A DNA stretch of 64,000 nt from an uncultured archaeon (GTDB lineage: Archaea > Thermoproteota > Bathyarchaeia > Bathyarchaeales > Bathycorpusculaceae). Below the pieces are notes generated by a model. It did not search any database. It worked only from the letters and a program-made list of their open reading frames with translations, and had not been told where the DNA came from. Below, piece by piece: positions 8,009 through 18,953 of this stretch. The position numbers and the translations under genes are program-made. The stretch's first letter is position 1; every line of letters starts with the position of its first letter. Location: assembly GCA_963810275.1 (NCBI GenBank), contig CAWENF010000004.1:40906-104905 (forward strand), in the 5' to 3' direction.

Positions 8009-9292
8009 ATGAAAAAACAAATAATAAGTATCTTATGTTTGGCTATTATTGTATCTCCAATTTTCATGCAGATTGATGCCGTATCAAGTTACTCAGTCGA
8101 TGATTGGCCTATGTTTCGAGGCAACCTCAATCACACTGGGGCTTCGTCTACGGCGCCTGCAACAACAAGCGATGTGCTTTGGCAATTAGATATGGGTATA
8201 CCATTAGGTTCATCTGTTGCAATCGTTGATAGCAAAATTTATGTCGGAACAAACGCTGGCTCTGTCTATTGTATAGATGCAGCTGATGGCACTCAAGAAT
8301 GGAAGATTAGCCTTAGTCAGTCATATCAAGCAGCTATAAGCTCCTCAATCGCGGTTGATAATAGTAAACTTTACTTTGGCTGCTATAATGGTGCAGTTTA
8401 CTGTCTTGATGCAGAAACAGGTGAACAAATATGGTACTATGGAACCGATGACAGCATTCAGTCTTCGCCCGCAGTAGCAACCGGTCGAGTTTATATTGGT
8501 TCTTGGGATGGAAAGGTATACTGTTTTGATGCAGATAACGGCTCTAAGTTATGGAATTACACTACAGGCGCCCTAGTAGACTCATCCCCCGCCGTTGTTG
8601 ACGGTAAAGTGTATGTTGGCTCAGCTGATAGTAACGTGTATTGCTTAAGTGCAGATACAGGGGAAAAAATCTGGAGTTACGCAACAGGAAGCGTTATACA
8701 ATCTTCTCCCGCAGTTGTCGACGGCAAAGTCTACATCGGTTCTCATGACAATAATGTCTATTGCTTAAACGCTATAACTGGAGAAAAAATTTGGAGTTAT
8801 CAAGAAAATGGATTGGTAGATTCTTCACCTGCTGTAGTTAATGGATATGTCTACGTCGGCTCGGGCGTGTTAGAAGATAACACTGATAAAAACGTCTACT
8901 GTTTAAACGCAGATACTGGCGAGAAAGTCTGGGAATACGAAACATATGACGGCGTTTATTCATCTCCAACTGTTGTTGGTAGTTATCTCTACGTCGGTGG
9001 CTGGGACAGTAACCTTTACTGCTTAAACGCTACAACTGGACAAAGTATATGGATATTTACAACTGGTCATAGCATAAGTGCTTCGCCATCAGTATCAAAT
9101 GGTGTTGTATACATTACTTCCTGGGACCATTATATCTATGCATTAGGAACACAAGTAAAATCAAATGCCTCTACTGAAATACCGTTTTGGGCAATAGGTC
9201 TTGGGATAGTGGTTGTTGCAGCTGTGGCTGCGGCTTTAGCCTTTAATTTTGTAATTCGCAAGAAGCCGAAAACTGAGGAACCAAAAAGGTAA
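8009..9292 (+). CDS. Surface PQQ-like beta-propeller repeat protein (BamB-like)
   Basis: Signal peptide; DWPMFRGN; about 8 repeats of SSPAVxxGxVYxGSxDxxxYCLxAxTGxxxW; C-terminal TM anchor with a basic tail. Confidence 0.9.
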   Translation: MKKQIISILCLAIIVSPIFMQIDAVSSYSVDDWPMFRGNLNHTGASSTAPATTSDVLWQLDMGIPLGSSVAIVDSKIYVGTNAGSVYCIDAADGTQEWKISLSQSYQAAISSSIAVDNSKLYFGCYNGAVYCLDAETGEQIWYYGTDDSIQSSPAVATGRVYIGSWDGKVYCFDADNGSKLWNYTTGALVDSSPAVVDGKVYVGSADSNVYCLSADTGEKIWSYATGSVIQSSPAVVDGKVYIGSHDNNVYCLNAITGEKIWSYQENGLVDSSPAVVNGYVYVGSGVLEDNTDKNVYCLNADTGEKVWEYETYDGVYSSPTVVGSYLYVGGWDSNLYCLNATTGQSIWIFTTGHSISASPSVSNGVVYITSWDHYIYALGTQVKSNASTEIPFWAIGLGIVVVAAVAAALAFNFVIRKKPKTEEPKR

Positions 9293-9374
9293 CTTCGCTA
9301 TATTCATCTTTTTTATTTTTGTTAGGCTATTCGAAAGGTAAAGAAAATCCAAAGATAAAAAGGCAGCTTAAAGC

Positions 9375-10382
9375 TTAAGCCCTTAGCGGCGCCAGATACA
9401 CAATGATTGCCAGAGCCGCCAGTAGAGTTGCCAGAAGGATTATGGAGTAGGTGGAGCGGCGTCTTGCTTCACCTTTTTTGTAGTAGCCGCTTGGCGACAC
9501 CCCCATGATGCGCAACATAAGCGTGCAGCCGAACTCAAGTCCGAAAAGGTAAACTAATGTCAAAATTAAAGCACCAAAAAATGCAATTTCGTTAAGATTT
9601 GCGAGTTCTATACCTGCGACGGTTGCGGGGGGAACCAGCGCCACGGATATGACAACGCCCAGCAGATTCTCGGGTAACGCCACGCGGAAAGCCAACCCCG
9701 CCGACACGCCGATGACTAAGGCAATGAACACATCCAGTATACTGACTTGGGAGCGTATTGCGATTTGCTCGTTGGATATCGGAACCGAAATGAACTGCTG
9801 CGCCACAAACGTCGCCAGTGCGGACAGCACAACAACCAGAACTATAAGCACTAACACGGTGAATTGGCTTGTCAGAAGCTTTTTTGGTTTGCCCAAATTC
9901 CCGTTAACAGCTATGGCGTTGACGGGTCCAAGCATGGGGGGTATGAGCATACCGCCGATAATGATAACCACATTGTTTAGCAGTAGCCCAGCTAATGCGA
10001 TAAGTGTTGCAAGCGCCGTCATAGCCACCAAATCCACGCGTAGCCGCGTATAGCGGTTAGTGCTCTCAACCAGCTTCTCAGTGGGGTTAGGCGCTGACTG
10101 AGACTTTGAGGCTTTTTCTTTGAGTCTATCCATAAAACTCGAAGTTACGCCCTCAACAGCCAGCAGACTTATCATGTTTTTCTTCTGGCGTAAATCAACA
10201 GCTGGCGTAACATGATCCAAGGTTTTTTCTGCTAATTCGTCGGGAACCAGCGCAGAGTAGCTACTGCATTCTTCCCCCTCAACGTCCACGCTTGTATGCA
10301 CGTAGAGTAAGCCAAGGTCTTTTAGGGTTTCTTCAATCAGCGGCGCCTCTTTTTGAATGACGATAACTTCGATTTTTTTCAA
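9375..10382 (-). CDS. TIGR00341/DUF389 family membrane protein
   Basis: IIIGGMLIPPMLGP and GVVISVALVPPA motifs, with an N-terminal PII-like soluble domain. Confidence 0.85.
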   Translation of the reverse strand: MKKIEVIVIQKEAPLIEETLKDLGLLYVHTSVDVEGEECSSYSALVPDELAEKTLDHVTPAVDLRQKKNMISLLAVEGVTSSFMDRLKEKASKSQSAPNPTEKLVESTNRYTRLRVDLVAMTALATLIALAGLLLNNVVIIIGGMLIPPMLGPVNAIAVNGNLGKPKKLLTSQFTVLVLIVLVVVLSALATFVAQQFISVPISNEQIAIRSQVSILDVFIALVIGVSAGLAFRVALPENLLGVVISVALVPPATVAGIELANLNEIAFFGALILTLVYLFGLEFGCTLMLRIMGVSPSGYYKKGEARRRSTYSIILLATLLAALAIIVYLAPLRA

Positions 10383-10613
10383 AAAACATCACTAAAGAAG
10401 CTGGAAGTTTAATGACCAGAAATACCAAAATAGGACTCTCAAAGTAACATATATTTTTTTTCTTATAGTAGTGACCTGGTGGCTCTGCTTCCAACATACT
10501 AACTACAATAAGTAGGGAAGGGGAAGAATGTGCAATGGACAACAGAAGGCAGGCGAAATTGCTGTTTATAATACTAAAAAGATAAAACACACCCCAAACC
10601 CATACCGTAACTG

Positions 10614-13511
10614 ATGCAACCCCAAACCCCAAACGTTTACGCATTGCTCGCCAAACCTGTGCGGGACGCAGCCGCCCAACAGGGCCTAGTAGCGCCCACG
10701 TTGCCCCAAACCAAAGCCTTCCCACATATCCTCAACGGTGAAAACGTCTTGCTGATTGCGCCAACGGGCACAGGAAAAACCGAAGCCGTAATACTCCCAA
10801 TTCTATCCAAACTGGTAGAACAGAAAGCGGAAAGCCCCCAACCCATCGGTATTCAGCTCCTTTACATCACTCCGCTGCGCGCCCTAAACCGCGACATGCT
10901 ACGGCGGCTTATGCACTGGGGACAACAACTCAGCATCGGCGTGGAGGTCAGGCATGGTGACACCGAACAAAAAATCAGGCGCCTACAAGCCAAAAAACCA
11001 CCCCAAATCCTCGTAACTACACCTGAAACCCTCCAAGCGATTCTTCCCGGACAGCAAATGCGCCGACACCTCAAAAATGTACAATGGGTGGTTGTGGACG
11101 AAGTTCACGACTTAGCTGGCAGCAAACGAGGCGCACAACTCTCGCTGGGACTGGAGCGGCTACGTATGGCAACGGCGAGTGAGTTCCAGCGCATCGGACT
11201 TTCAGCCACAATCGGCAACCCAAAAGAAATCGCCGCTTACCTTGCTGGAAGCCGCCGCAGAATCGCCGTCGTCAAAGTCTCAACAGAGAAGTGCTACCGC
11301 TACACCGTAGAGTTCCCCACGCCAACAGACGCAGACTACGATTTAGCCGCCAAACTCGATGCTTCACCCGAAGCAGCAGCACGCATACACCGCATCCTCG
11401 AACTTGTTGACTCGCACGTTTCCACATTAATTTTCGTTAACAGCCGCACGGTCGCCGAAGTACTCGGTCACAAACTGGCAACGCTGGGACGAGAGGATAT
11501 TGCAGTGCATCATGGCTCTATCTCAAAAGAGGAACGTATCCAAATCGAGGACCAATTCAAAGCTGGGCAACTAAAAGCCATCATCTGCACGAGTACGCTG
11601 GAGCTGGGTATCGACGTGGGGCAGGTGGATTTGGTGGTGCAGTACATGTCACCCCGCCAAGTTAGCAGTCTTGTTCAGCGGGTTGGACGAAGCGGACACA
11701 GTCTTGGGCGTGAGTCAGAGGGTGTAATCGTAACGGTGTATCCTGACGATATGCTTGAGGCGTTGGCGTCAGTTAAGAACGCTAAAGCGGGGCTGGTGGA
11801 ACCCATTGGGATGCATACTGGCGCGTTGGATGTTTTGGCGCATCAAATTGCTGGCACCCTGATGGATAGCGGGGACCCCCTAACCGTAGCGGAAATAGGC
11901 ACTCTCGTGCGCAGAAGCAGCCTCTACCGCCGCTTCTCCAAAACCCAGTTTTTGGACCTACTGCGCTTTTTAGACAGCCTCAACCAAATAAGATTAAACG
12001 AAGACGAGACAGTTTTGACTAAAACCAGAAAAACCCGACCCTACTACTATGAAAACCTATCAATGATACCAGATGAACGCCGCTACCCCGTCATAAACGT
12101 CATATCTGATTGCAAAATCGGCACTCTCGGAGACGAATTCATGGCTCTCCACGCCCGAATCGGATTGAGTTTTATCATGAAGGGCAAGGTTTGGCGTATT
12201 GTGCAGATCGAGGAGGAAGTGGGCATTGTTCATGTGGTGCCGTCTGAGGATCCGTTGGCGTCGGTTCCGGGTTGGGACGGCGAACTACTGCCTGTGTCTT
12301 TTGATTTGGCGCAACAAACCGGTAAGGATAGAGAAAAAATCGCTGCCACACTAAACCAGACGGGCTCAATGGAAGTAGCGTCGGAGATATTGTCTAAAGA
12401 GTTAGGTTCAGATAAAGCCAGCATGCAAAACGCCATCGCTGAAATACACGAACAAATCCAAAACAGTGCTCCTCTGCCCACACAAAACCACATTGTTTTA
12501 GAAGTCTATGACCGCTATCTCGTCGTACACGCCTGTTTTGGCGAACTTGTAAACAAAGCCTTGGGCGGAGTCTTCGACGCAGTGCTCTCTGAGCGGGAAT
12601 TGATAAGCGGTTGGTGGACAGACGGCTACCGCATCCTAATTGAAGCCCCCAAAAAACTTAACAAATACGAACTCGCCAAGCTACCCGAAACACTCTTCAA
12701 CCTATCCGACGATTTATTCGATGCCGCTTTCAACCGCTATCTTGACGCTAAATTCCCGTTTGGGTACAAAATGAAGTTTGTGGCAGAACGCTTCGGCGCC
12801 CTCCCACGGGGTAAAACGATGAGTTACCAGCGCCAAGCCGAACTCAAATCTCGTTTCGACAACACACCTATTCACCGCGAAACCATCCGCGAGGCGCTCA
12901 TGGAAAAAGTTGACCTTGAAAAAGCCAAACAAGTCCTACACGGCATATCAGCAGGTAAAATCAAAGTCTCCACCTACCTAAGCCTCGAGAAGCCCTCACC
13001 ATTAGCGTACCACATTTTGTCACGTTACAGTGAAGTCACCGAACTCAAGGCGCCCGAAAAAGTCATAGTGGACAACATTGGCAAACTTAAAATGGCTATA
13101 GACGCTCGAGAAGTCAAGCTGCTATGCATGAAGTGCGGCGAATGGACGACAACGCAGAAAATCCGTGACCTTCCCGAGGAACCCTGCTGCGGGAACTGCG
13201 GATCAGGACTTTTGGCGCCTTTGTACCGCAGCCAAGACCTCGCTCACCTGCAGGATTCTTTGAAGCGACGGCGGGACGCTAAAGAGCTAACACCCGAAGA
13301 ACTAAAAGAGCTTAGCCAAGCACGACGCAAAGCGGATTTGTTTTTAAGTTACGGCAAACAGGCGGCTCGTGCGATGCAGGTTAAGGGCGTGGGTCCAGAG
13401 ACGGCGTCGCGAATACTGGGCAAGATGCATCCCGACGAGGATACGTTCTATTTGGATTTGCTTAAGGCAAAGATTCAGTTTTTGCGAACAAGAGAATACT
13501 GGGATAAATAG
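10614..13511 (+). CDS. lhr: Lhr-family SF2 ATP-dependent helicase with C-terminal Zn ribbon
   Basis: APTGTGKT, PLRALNRD, DEVH, LSAT, LELGIDVG, QRVGRSGH; C-terminal CMKC...CGNC and an HhH-like GVGPETASRI. Confidence 0.92.
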   Translation: MQPQTPNVYALLAKPVRDAAAQQGLVAPTLPQTKAFPHILNGENVLLIAPTGTGKTEAVILPILSKLVEQKAESPQPIGIQLLYITPLRALNRDMLRRLMHWGQQLSIGVEVRHGDTEQKIRRLQAKKPPQILVTTPETLQAILPGQQMRRHLKNVQWVVVDEVHDLAGSKRGAQLSLGLERLRMATASEFQRIGLSATIGNPKEIAAYLAGSRRRIAVVKVSTEKCYRYTVEFPTPTDADYDLAAKLDASPEAAARIHRILELVDSHVSTLIFVNSRTVAEVLGHKLATLGREDIAVHHGSISKEERIQIEDQFKAGQLKAIICTSTLELGIDVGQVDLVVQYMSPRQVSSLVQRVGRSGHSLGRESEGVIVTVYPDDMLEALASVKNAKAGLVEPIGMHTGALDVLAHQIAGTLMDSGDPLTVAEIGTLVRRSSLYRRFSKTQFLDLLRFLDSLNQIRLNEDETVLTKTRKTRPYYYENLSMIPDERRYPVINVISDCKIGTLGDEFMALHARIGLSFIMKGKVWRIVQIEEEVGIVHVVPSEDPLASVPGWDGELLPVSFDLAQQTGKDREKIAATLNQTGSMEVASEILSKELGSDKASMQNAIAEIHEQIQNSAPLPTQNHIVLEVYDRYLVVHACFGELVNKALGGVFDAVLSERELISGWWTDGYRILIEAPKKLNKYELAKLPETLFNLSDDLFDAAFNRYLDAKFPFGYKMKFVAERFGALPRGKTMSYQRQAELKSRFDNTPIHRETIREALMEKVDLEKAKQVLHGISAGKIKVSTYLSLEKPSPLAYHILSRYSEVTELKAPEKVIVDNIGKLKMAIDAREVKLLCMKCGEWTTTQKIRDLPEEPCCGNCGSGLLAPLYRSQDLAHLQDSLKRRRDAKELTPEELKELSQARRKADLFLSYGKQAARAMQVKGVGPETASRILGKMHPDEDTFYLDLLKAKIQFLRTREYWDK

Positions 13512-13570
13512 CTGGGTTTGTGCGATAAGGATTTTAAGGTTTCAACCCGTTTACTGTTAAGGAACCTTTC

Positions 13571-14296
13571 ATGTCCATCAAAGTTGTCCTCTTCGACATG
13601 TTCGATACACTTATGCTTATTGAGAAAGACCACGAATTTTACCAGCCTGCTCTTCAACGCGCCCACCACTACCTACAAAACCATGGTGTGACAGTGGCTT
13701 ACGAGCGGTTCCAAGCAGTATACATAGAGGAGCGAGACAAGCTCTATGCCCAAGCGGACGCCAAACTTGAGGAACCCCACTTTAACGTCCGCTTCGCCAA
13801 AACGCTACAGAAACTCGGCTACAACTATGACGACCAAGACCCTGTTGTGGCTGCGGCGACTTGCGAGTTCGGCGATGAATTCAGCAAATACGTTAAAATA
13901 GACGAGAACGCAGCTGCCACGCTCGAGGTGCTTAGCGGCAAGTTCCGGCTGGGTTTAGTCTCAAACTTTGCCATCCCCGAAACTGTAGATAAACTCCTAA
14001 AAGTCGCCGGCATCTACCGCTACTTTGATGTCCTTGTGGTTTCGGGGGCAGTTAACAAACGCAAACCCCACCCCCGAATATTCCAAGCTGCTCTTGAACC
14101 CTTGGGTGTTGAGGCGGCAGAGGCAGTTTTTGTAGGTGACACTGTGGACGCTGACGTGGAAGGCCCTAAAGCAGTCGGCATGCACGCCATCTACATTGAA
14201 CGTCGAACCCAGAAAATAGAAAAGTCAGTCCCTGACAAAATAATCAAAACGCTTTCAGAGTTGCCTTTGGCAATTAGTAGCTTAACTGAAAATTAG
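13571..14296 (+). CDS. HAD-superfamily hydrolase
   Basis: DMFDTL, VSN, KP and GDTVDADVEG motifs. Confidence 0.9.
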   Translation: MSIKVVLFDMFDTLMLIEKDHEFYQPALQRAHHYLQNHGVTVAYERFQAVYIEERDKLYAQADAKLEEPHFNVRFAKTLQKLGYNYDDQDPVVAAATCEFGDEFSKYVKIDENAAATLEVLSGKFRLGLVSNFAIPETVDKLLKVAGIYRYFDVLVVSGAVNKRKPHPRIFQAALEPLGVEAAEAVFVGDTVDADVEGPKAVGMHAIYIERRTQKIEKSVPDKIIKTLSELPLAISSLTEN

Positions 14297-14625
14297 AATA
14301 CGCTTGATTTCTTATCTGAGTTTTTCCCTATGAGTTTTAGGAGTTCTCGATGGGTTTGGAGGTAATCCATGCCTTTTTGGGTGATTTCGTATATTTCTTT
14401 GTCGTGGATGACTATTTGGGTGATTAGTTCTTTCTTTATAAGAAAATCGAGGTAACCGTTTAGTAGGGTGTAGCTTAGGTTTGCTTGGTACATGATCTGA
14501 GTTTTGAGGGCGCCTTTTTTTGAGATTTCAAGCATTTTGGCAATTATGCTTACTTGATCTCTTCTGTGACGTTTTGTATCGAGCAAATCCTGTGTGCACC
14601 GATATATGCCAAATCGTACGGACAT
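14293..14625 (-). CDS. Winged-helix transcriptional regulator (archaeal HTH_45-like)
   Basis: RRDQVSIIAKML...KTQIMYQANLS...YEITQKG. Confidence 0.85.
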   Translation of the reverse strand: MSVRFGIYRCTQDLLDTKRHRRDQVSIIAKMLEISKKGALKTQIMYQANLSYTLLNGYLDFLIKKELITQIVIHDKEIYEITQKGMDYLQTHRELLKLIGKNSDKKSSVF

Positions 14626-14758
14626 TACTTATATATTTTTCATTAGATATAATATGGCTAAGCAAAAGCATGATCTATTTTTTAATGTGTCTATATATAA
14701 TGGATTTTCCCTGTTCATATTATGAAGAAAACCTTTAGTAATAATAAATGGTGAAAAA

Positions 14759-15256
14759 ATGTTAATTGGCACAGTATCTGACTCACACGACAACCTTCCC
14801 CTTATTGACCGAGCAGTCCAAATTCTAAACATCTACAAAACAGACTTGGTACTACACGCAGGCGACTACGTCTCACCCTTCACAATTTCCCACTTTGCCA
14901 AACTCAACTGCCCCTTAATCGGCGTGTTCGGAAACAACGATGGCGACCACGCATTTTTAAAACAACGCTTCAGCGAAACCAAAAATTGTACGCTACATGA
15001 ACGGTTCACAACCCTAAACGTAGAAGGCTACAAAATCGCTCTGCTGCACGGACACGAAACTGAACTTTTAAACACTATAATCGAAGCAGGAACTTTCAAC
15101 GCCGTCGTACATGGTCATAGCCACAACAAAGGCATTTCTCAAGTAGGAAAAACATTGACAGTGAACCCTGGCGAACTTTGTGGGTACCTCACTGGAAAAT
15201 CCACTGTTGCAGTGCTGGATACCTCTAGAAACGTAGCCCAAATTGTTGAACTTTAA
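14759..15256 (+). CDS. Metallophosphoesterase (YfcE/MJ0936 family)
   Basis: DSHD, GD, GNND, HG, GHSH and NPGE motifs. Confidence 0.92.
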   Translation: MLIGTVSDSHDNLPLIDRAVQILNIYKTDLVLHAGDYVSPFTISHFAKLNCPLIGVFGNNDGDHAFLKQRFSETKNCTLHERFTTLNVEGYKIALLHGHETELLNTIIEAGTFNAVVHGHSHNKGISQVGKTLTVNPGELCGYLTGKSTVAVLDTSRNVAQIVEL

Positions 15257-15361
15257 AGCTGTGTTTCTGTAAAGTTTCAGTCACATAGCTTTATGTAAAC
15301 AGCATACCCTTACGGACCACAGTAGCATTTGGAGAATGGCTGTTTCGGTTCGAAACCTTGA

Positions 15362-15535
15362 AAACAAAAAGGCAAAATGACTGTTGAGAAAGCTGCACAC
15401 ATGAGTGGGCATAAAGTTAATAAGCTTGTTGAAGAAGCAAATCGCACGAACAGGAATGACCCTAAGAAGGTTCTAAATGATTCATGGGTTTTCCCACGTC
15501 TCGATAAGCGCTACCACGGCTTTGGCCCTAGCTGA
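15362..15535 (+). pseudogene. Possible degenerate KGG/Em-like stress protein remnant
   Basis: Translates KQKGKMTVEKAAHMSGHKVNKLVEEAN, resembling the KGKMTVEEAG.KGG.KV..L.EEG pattern. The KGG motif is decayed and the ORF runs into the convergent gene. Confidence 0.3.
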
Positions 15536-15751
15536 GTCGCTGAAGCGGTACATATGTACGCGGCCGTACACCCGCACCTCCAGTATCCCTTCGGTTTCCA
15601 AAATTTTTAGGTGCTCCGCGGTTGCTGAGTAGTTCATATTTATTTTGCTAGCGATTTTTGAAACGTTTAGCTGTTGCAAAGTGTAGATTAACTTAAGAAT
15701 TCTCATGCGGGGCTTAGACGAGAAGACCTCTTCAATCTCCACGCCCAGCAC
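15482..15751 (-). CDS. Small ArsR-like winged-helix protein cotranscribed with cdc6
   Basis: FSSKPRMRILK...LNVSKIA...HLKILETEG; overlaps the cdc6 3' end. Confidence 0.8.
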   Translation of the reverse strand: MLGVEIEEVFSSKPRMRILKLIYTLQQLNVSKIASKINMNYSATAEHLKILETEGILEVRVYGRVHMYRFSDSARAKAVVALIETWENP

Positions 15752-16946
15752 CTTTCTCTCTTTCCAGATTCGCCGCCATTTCCCGCTCCAACTCCACAGA
15801 TGGAATCGTGGGTAAACTAATGCGGTTAGTGCGTCCTCGCGACTCCGAAGCGCCTACTTCAGTTTTTAAAACCCCGAGTTTGTCAAGATACTGTACGTAA
15901 TTCCAGATTTGCGTGTGACTTTTAGTGGACTCCTCAAATTCCTCGCAGACTACACCATAAGCTTTCTCTGCTTCGCCAATGCTGACGTAGGCTTCAGGGT
16001 TCTCTTTAAAGTACCGTGCGATTGCGAGCAGGAATAGTTTTTCGTGGAAACTCAACGAGGCGAGTTCGCTGCGACGCAGTGTGGGGACAATGGCTGAGAC
16101 TGCGTTTCGGACGCATTCAGCCGCCACCGCCGATAAGTCGGCTGCATCGGCGTATTTACCCGCTCGCCATAACAACTCGATGCCGAAGCGTGCGTTGCCC
16201 GTCTCCGAGTGTGCCAACTCAGCCACCAAATCTACCACGTCATCGTCTACTGTGCCCAACTCGAACGCTAAAGCGACGCGACAGTTTAGGATATCAATAA
16301 GCTGGGGTTTGCCATAGCGTTCCAACCGGATGATACTTCTTTGCAGTGTACTTTGGGCGCTTTCGTCAAGCTTCCTAATAGCCTCCAAGTTGCGCATGAT
16401 AAAAATGAACGAGAGGCGCTGAGGTTTGCCCTGCCGCATCTCTGACAGCCTCGTCAACTTGTAAACCGCGTCTGAGCCTTCTTTTTCGATTAGGCTGTCA
16501 AACTCGTCCAGCGCAAGAACCATCGTTGCCTCTTCCTCATCAAGCACTTGCATTAGAGTGCCCATGATTTCTTCAGCACCATATCCGCGTGCAGGGAAGT
16601 TTGGGCGAAACACAGAAACCGCTCTATGCATAATGGGCTGCAGGGCGCCGCGAAATTCGCGACAATTAACATGTACATAATTAAATTTTTGTCCTCTACG
16701 TCGAGACTGCGAAGTCAGATCTGCACCGAAATGCTGCGCCAACGCCGTTTTGCCTGTACCAACATCACCCGTCAAAATCACTCGTTGCGCCATACGGTCG
16801 GGACAATGCAATACGAACCCGAAAAACTCCATTAGAAGACGTTGTTCTTTTTCGCGGTGCGGCAGCTCTGCTGGAATGTAGTTTATGTCCAGTTTCGATT
16901 CATCTTTGAATACAGTTTGGCGCGCTGCCACTTTTATGGTCTCCAT
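15732..16946 (-). CDS. cdc6: Cdc6/Orc1 replication initiator
   Basis: YIPAELPHRE, Walker A GDVGTGKT, Walker B LDEFD, GNARFGIELL, and a C-terminal winged helix with RGRT. Confidence 0.95.
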   Translation of the reverse strand: METIKVAARQTVFKDESKLDINYIPAELPHREKEQRLLMEFFGFVLHCPDRMAQRVILTGDVGTGKTALAQHFGADLTSQSRRRGQKFNYVHVNCREFRGALQPIMHRAVSVFRPNFPARGYGAEEIMGTLMQVLDEEEATMVLALDEFDSLIEKEGSDAVYKLTRLSEMRQGKPQRLSFIFIMRNLEAIRKLDESAQSTLQRSIIRLERYGKPQLIDILNCRVALAFELGTVDDDVVDLVAELAHSETGNARFGIELLWRAGKYADAADLSAVAAECVRNAVSAIVPTLRRSELASLSFHEKLFLLAIARYFKENPEAYVSIGEAEKAYGVVCEEFEESTKSHTQIWNYVQYLDKLGVLKTEVGASESRGRTNRISLPTIPSVELEREMAANLEREKGAGRGD

Positions 16947-17300
16947 GATAGCTGTTGCAGTTTGGTTATTTTACGTTTTGGAATTCAAGAACCTTTTAGG
17001 CTTAGCAACCCCAGATTAAGGTGGGGTGTAACCTTTATAACTGCAACAGCTGAATTGATGAAGCAAACAGGCAAACCCTTTACATGTGATACGGCTATGT
17101 ATACGATGTTTGATTGGGTCCCAGAGATTTTGTCGCTTACCCTGAACAATCCAAGCTAAGGTAACGAGTAACCCGCCCCGCAACCCTAATCTACCATGTT
17201 TTGGTATCTACAAAACGTTTCTAGACCGTCAAATTTGAGTGTGATTTCTAAACAAAACACTAATAAATGAATACTGCAATCCATATTTTCCGACACAGCA

Positions 17301-17867
17301 ATGATACCGAAATATTTCTTTTTCACAAAAGGTGTTGGTAAACACAAAGAACAACTCCAATCATTCGAACTCGCACTACGCGACGCAGGCATCCAGCATT
17401 GTAACCTAGTCAGCGTGTCCAGTATCGTGCCTCCAGGCTGCAAACTTGTCACCCGCGAAAAAGGACTAGAAATGATTCACCCAGGCGAAATCACCTTTGT
17501 GGTCATTGCACGTAACGCAACTAACGAACCTCACCGTCTGGTAGCTTCCTCTATCGGCGTAGCTATTCCATCTGGCAAAAACCAGTACGGCTACCTGTCT
17601 GAGCACCACAGCTTTGGACAAACCGACGAAACAGCAGGCGACTACGCTGAAGACCTCGCAGCCACAATGTTAGCCACTACAATGGGCATTCAATTCGATC
17701 CCGAAACAGCATGGGATGAACGCAAAAAAATCTTCAAAACCACCGGTTTAATCATAAAAACCGACAACACCACCCAATCTGCTGCAGGCGACAAGAATGG
17801 ACTTTGGACCACCACAGTTGCAGCAGCGGTACTTGTTCCTCCAGAAAACGGAGAAATAAAAGATTAA
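17301..17867 (+). CDS. pdaD: Pyruvoyl-dependent arginine decarboxylase
   Basis: [22 protein letters not shown] (Ser-Ser cleavage site) and GYLSEHH. Confidence 0.93.
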   Translation: MIPKYFFFTKGVGKHKEQLQSFELALRDAGIQHCNLVSVSSIVPPGCKLVTREKGLEMIHPGEITFVVIARNATNEPHRLVASSIGVAIPSGKNQYGYLSEHHSFGQTDETAGDYAEDLAATMLATTMGIQFDPETAWDERKKIFKTTGLIIKTDNTTQSAAGDKNGLWTTTVAAAVLVPPENGEIKD

Positions 17868-18106
17868 AAAGAAAAGACAAACTAAGCAAGTCTTTGGGAC
17901 TTGCTAATTTTCTCAGCCTTTAATATATCGTTTTCTTGTAGCTGTTTATTCTTTCAAATTCCATACATAAATATGCTGGAAATTCTTTTGACCTATGAAA
18001 GGTTCCATTGCTCGATGCTTTTACACCGTCTTTTTTGTTTCCTTGGCAGTGAAGCGGGGATTAATACAATCCAAAGATGATACATACAAAATAACTGGTA
18101 TTCTTG

Positions 18107-18892
18107 TTAATTTAAATGGAAGAATGATTCCAATCTTGAGTTTTCGGCTTTCTTCAGTACTTTTGCGCATTCTTTGGGGTTTAAGGCTTTAAACTCCAGT
18201 CCCATCTGTTCTAGTATCCGTTGCACGTCTTTACCTAGCGCTGGCGCCACGAGGACTGCGCGAACCGGCTTTGTGGCTTTCGCTTTAATCGGCTCAATGT
18301 ACTTTGCCAATTGGAGGGCTGCTTCTTTAGATGCAGTTCTGCGCTTCACCTCGACGATTACAAGTTTGCCGTTCTTATCTTCGCCGTATATGTCTACGAA
18401 GCCGGGTTCCACATGCTTCTCCCAGCTAATCGGCTTAAACCCTTCCTCAAGCAGCGACGGCTTAAGCAGAATCGCCCTGTGCATGTCATCTTCACTGGCG
18501 TGCAACGTAAATTCGCCGCTGTCTTGAAGATTTAGAGCGGTTACTCCAATGATGGTTTTAAATGTGACTTTTACGCTTTCGCGGGGCTTCTGGCGAACCC
18601 CATGAACTTCAAGTGTGCCATCTTTGATTTCTACATGGAACACGCTGCCGCTGGGCTGCCAATTCACCGGTTCATACCCTACAGGGCGATGCACAAGCAG
18701 GCTGCCATCAGATTTCACAATTAGCAGCCGTTCACCATACTCTAACGTCGAGTTTGCCCGACCAGCATAAACCACTCTGCACTCGCCAGCAACCACCAGT
18801 GTTCTGCGTTGCGCAATCGTTTTTTCGATGTTTACTGCTGCTTCAGCTAACTCGGGATGTGTTAAACATGCAACTTTGTTGCTTACCGCCAA
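18107..18892 (-). CDS. nucS: Mismatch-specific endonuclease NucS/EndoMS
   Basis: YAGRANS, KSDGSLLVH, PVNW, and RecB-type D..EVK..QL..Y motifs. Start placed at TTG 18892. Confidence 0.93.
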   Translation of the reverse strand: MAVSNKVACLTHPELAEAAVNIEKTIAQRRTLVVAGECRVVYAGRANSTLEYGERLLIVKSDGSLLVHRPVGYEPVNWQPSGSVFHVEIKDGTLEVHGVRQKPRESVKVTFKTIIGVTALNLQDSGEFTLHASEDDMHRAILLKPSLLEEGFKPISWEKHVEPGFVDIYGEDKNGKLVIVEVKRRTASKEAALQLAKYIEPIKAKATKPVRAVLVAPALGKDVQRILEQMGLEFKALNPKECAKVLKKAENSRLESFFHLN

Positions 18893-18953
18893 ATTGATGC
18901 GCCACCTATTTAGGATGCATTGAGGGTACATAAGATTTCTTGAGGTAAACAAG

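Noticed and set aside
8290-9130. Periodic repeats suggesting an array
   Set aside because: These are degenerate coding repeats of the PQQ beta-propeller, not CRISPR or other DNA-level repeats.
16947-17300. Replication origin next to cdc6
   Set aside because: The position is suggestive, but I found no repeated ORB or mini-ORB motif (TTCCAxxxGAAA with a G-string) and no clear AT-rich unwinding element. It cannot be supported without a skew or motif analysis.
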